A stretch of 64,000 nucleotides of DNA from positions 12,524,001 to 12,588,000 of the forward strand of contig NC_043007.1 in the NCBI RefSeq assembly GCF_006345805.1, read 5' to 3'. The notes beneath the pieces are model-generated. The model saw only the letters and a list, made by a program, of their open reading frames with translations, was not told the DNA's origin and ran no database searches. The DNA comes from Octopus sinensis. Its lineage: Eukaryota. Positions 60,326-64,000 of the stretch are shown piece after piece; position 1 is the first letter of the stretch; every line of letters starts with the position of its first letter. The position numbers were made by a program, and so were the translations under genes.

Positions 60326-62084
60326 ATACACACATGGGCGTGTGTGCATGTGTGGGCGCGCATGTGTTTGCGTAGAAACTTTCATTCCTGTAATTACTAC
60401 TACTACTACTACTACTACTATTACTACTACTACTACTATCAGCTAAAGAGCTTGTTTCATGGTTACGCATTCAAATGAATATAAACTATTTATTTATGTG
60501 ACATGGTTTCTCTTAGCAAGCCAACACACCGTTTCATCCGATTTATTTGCTATTCCATTTTAAACGGCCAAACAATGAGTTTTCATATCAACTTAACGTG
60601 ATTAAATGTCAACTTTCTGTCATAACAAAACACAAAAGTATTTCAAATAAAGAACAAAAGTGAAATAAAATAATAAAATGGAATAAAATAAAGAATTTAG
60701 CTTCGGTACCCACAAAGTTGTTCTGAAACAAATATGTTAATATTTTTTTTACATTTTTATCTTTTTAGTCATGTGGGGTGGTGTGGATGGCTGTACCCGT
60801 GACCCCTTTCGTAGAGCCCCCAAGACTTGTAAGGGGAAGGGAAATGTACCTCCAAATCAGAATTTTTTTTTTTATTTACCAAAGCCTAAATTCTCCATAG
60901 GGGTGGGGGGTAGCCACAACAAGACACACACCAGGCATTCCACTCATTTCCCAGCTCAAAGAGGCAAGCACTGTCTTATGCTCGGGTCAAGGCAGAGAAA
61001 GCATTTAGGTTATTCTGTCAAATGCAAGGCATTTAATTATGCATTGTCTTGTACCTTTGGCACTTCAATGATGTGATTGTTTATTTGTAGAATGACATTG
61101 TTGGGTAGGTGTGAGAAGCTGGACCTGGCTGGTGTGAGCATAAATTAGGTTGAATATTTGGGCCAAATACAGTATTTAATATTTAAACCGGCCATATCCG
61201 GCCAAAATATTTAATCTGTTTTATGTTCAAACTGACCAGATCCAGGCTCTCACACCTACCCTACAATGTTATTCTACATTAAGTAATTACACCATCAAGA
61301 TCTTGAAGATATGAGATAATGCATGATTAATTCAAATCAATGGGAATCAATAGACATTATGTTTGATTGAATAATCTGAACACTAAGGGGTTAAATGCTA
61401 AACAGGTTAAACTGGACAATGTGCTAAGTCTACCACCTAAGTAGGCCCTGGCAGGATTTGATACCGCAAGGCATCCAGTTTGATGCTTTTACATTTTCAC
61501 TAATCCACCACCTTGGATTGGCCTCTGTTTTAATCAACCCTGGGAGAATAAAAGGTAAAGCTGACCATGGCAGGATTTGAACTCAGAACATAGGGGGTCA
61601 GAACAAATATCATGAAGCATTCTCTAACAAATCAGCCAGTTTGTTTCCATCTGAAGCTTTGTGAGTGGATTTGGCAGATGGAAACTGAAAGAAGCCTGTC
61701 ACACACACATACATATATATATGTGGGTGTGTGTGTGTTTGTGTCTGTGTTCCCACCCACCACTGCTTGACAACTGGTGCTGGTATGTTTATGCCCCCAT
61801 AACTTAGCGGTTCAACAAATGAGACCAATAGAATAAGTATCATGCTTCAAAAAACAAAATTTAAAAAAAAAACAAAAAAGATTTGTTGCCATAGTGATAA
61901 CACACTAGTATCTTACCTTAGGTACATTATTAGGTAGGATTTAGGATAGGAATTTGGGCATGTTGCTGTTATTGTTGCTGCTGTTGTTGTTTGATCTCAG
62001 GTCAATACTGAATGAACAGATATATCAAAAGCATTCCATTTATGGCCATCCCATCTACTTACACATATATGCATATATATCATT

Positions 62085-62810
62085 ATCATCATTATCATCG
62101 TTGTTATTTAACGTCTGCTTTCCATGCTGGCATGGGTTTGACGGTTTGACTGAGGGCTGGCAAGCCAGAAGGCTGCACCAGGCTCCAATTTGATCTGGCA
62201 AAGTTTCTACAGCTGGATGCCCTTCCGAACGCCAACCACTCCGAGAGTGTAGTGGGTGCATTTTACATGCCACTAGCACAAGACCCTTCTGGCAGCACTG
62301 GAATTAGCCACGCTCAAATGGTACTTTTTACATGCCACCAAGACAGGAGCCAGTCAGACGGCATTGGCAATGACCATGCGCACATACATACATATACATG
62401 CATTTATATATACATATATATATATATACACATCATCATCATCATAGTTTAACGTCTGTTTTCCATCCTGGCATGGGTTGGACGGTTTGACTGAGGGCTG
62501 GCAAACCAGGAGGCCACACCAGGCTCCAATCTGATCTGGTACTGTTTCTTCAGCTGGATGTCCTTTCTAACGCCAACCACTCCGAGGGTGTAGTGGGGGC
62601 TTTTTACATGTCACTGGCACAGGAGCCAGTCAGGTGGCACTGGTATCGACATCATTCAGATGGCGCTTTTGATGTGCTACCAGCACAGGATCCAGTCGGG
62701 GCGGAGGGACTGGCAACGACCATGTGCAGATGGTGCTTTTCACATGCCAACGGCACGGGGAGCCATTCAGGCGACACTGGCAACAAACCACGCATGAACG
62801 GTGCTTATTG
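62085..62810 (-). mobile_element. Two family C elements
   Basis: Two reverse-complement tails at ~62090 and ~62435, each followed by internal units. Confidence 0.85.
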
Positions 62811-63084
62811 CGTATATATACATACATACATATATATATATATACAAACATACACACACATATATATATATATATAATGCTATTTTCAGTTATTTTATTT
62901 TGTTCTTTTTTTCTTGAATAAGAGAAATGTTCAGTGATGAGTTTTAATCCGGCTGATATTGATTTTAGCATCCATAATGTGAGAAGCTTGGAGCTCAATT
63001 CAATTAACTTGTAATGCTTCTCCCTTTCATCACAAAATAGGTTTAGTGTCAAGTTGAGAGAAATAGTGTTTTAATTGGTGTGAC

Positions 63085-63124
<40 letters not shown>

Positions 63125-63294
63125 TAATAATAAGATAATCCTTTTTACTATAGGTGTAAGATCTGAAATTTCAGAGCAATGGCGGGGGACTGGTCAGTTA
63201 CATCAATATCTGTGCTCAATTGGTACTTATATCATTAACCAGTTCGTTCATATAGTAAAATAAAAATAAAATGAAAAAAAGAGAAGAAAAAACA

Positions 63295-63352
63295 CGGTGC
63301 CCCAGCATGGCCACAGCTCGTGAGCTGAAACTAGATTAAAAAAAAAAAAAAT
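63295..63352 (+). mobile_element. Extreme 3' end of the 30258-type LINE
   Basis: CGGTGCCCCAGCATGGCCACAGCTCGTGAGCTGAAACTAGATT(A)n. Confidence 0.75.
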
Positions 63353-63379
63353 AGATGTTATTGGACTATTTTTTAATCC

Positions 63380-63870
63380 TTTATCTTTTACTTGTTTTAG
63401 TCATTAGACTGTGGCCATGCTGGGGCACTGCCTTGAAGAATTTGTAGCTGAATGTATCGACCCCAGTACCTTTTTCTTTTTTGTTTTTTTTTTTGAATTT
63501 TTTTTTTGAAGCATGATACTTATTCTATTGGTCTCATTTGTTGAATCGCTAAGTTATGGGGGCATAAACATACCAGCACCAGTTGTCAAGCAGTGGTGGG
63601 TGGGAACACAGACACAAACACACACATACCCACATATATATATGTATGTGTGTGTGTGTGACAAACACAGACACACAAACACACAGATATATATACACAC
63701 ACATACATATACAACGGGCTTCTTTCAGTTTCCATCTGCCAAATCCACTCACAAAGCTTTGGTCAACCTGAGGTTATAGTAGAAGAGACTTGCCCAAGGT
63801 GCCACGCAGTGGGACTGAACCTGGAACCATATGGTTGGGAAGCAAACTTCTTACCTCATAGCCATACCTA
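63380..63870 (-). mobile_element. SINE B, likely donor of the inverted copy at 61654-61880
   Basis: Full element; shares private variants with 61654-61880. Confidence 0.88.
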
Positions 63871-64000
63871 AGCTATGTAAAGATAAGGGTAGATGGAATA
63901 AAGCCATTATGCAGAATATTAAAATATATTAAAAAAAATTTTTCAGGGCTTTTTTTGTTTTTTGAAATTACATAAAACAAATACAGATGAAAATAAATTT

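Overview
This is eukaryotic, AT-rich, repeat-saturated non-coding DNA, either intergenic or a very large intron. The SINE families, the density of (TA)n/(TG)n/(GA)n/(CAT)n repeats and the LINE set look like an octopus (cephalopod) genome; this is inferred from remembered repeat families, not from a database search. No host protein-coding gene, rRNA, true tRNA gene or CRISPR array can be supported, and almost all ORFs in the track are microsatellite or SINE artefacts. Supported content: (i) five tRNA-head or LINE-tail SINE families, labelled A-E here, in dozens of copies; (ii) LINE fragments of the R4/Dong, CRE, CR1, CR1/L2-group and RTE clades; (iii) four Helitrons at A|T sites, one carrying an open 213-aa PIF1-helicase C-terminal ORF; (iv) Tc1, mariner, pogo/Tigger-like, TTAA and fold-back DNA elements; (v) a probable copia-type gag start with a degenerate tRNA-iMet primer-binding site. 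The most interesting signals are minimal hammerhead-ribozyme motifs in two Penelope-type repeats, a LINE whose 3' end matches the SINE-B tail, GGTA-initiated target-site duplications (TSDs) of young SINE-A copies, two near-identical local inverted duplications, an RFX X-box beside a 26-bp array, and a speculative phase-compatible exon pair. Coordinates of degenerate repeats are approximate.
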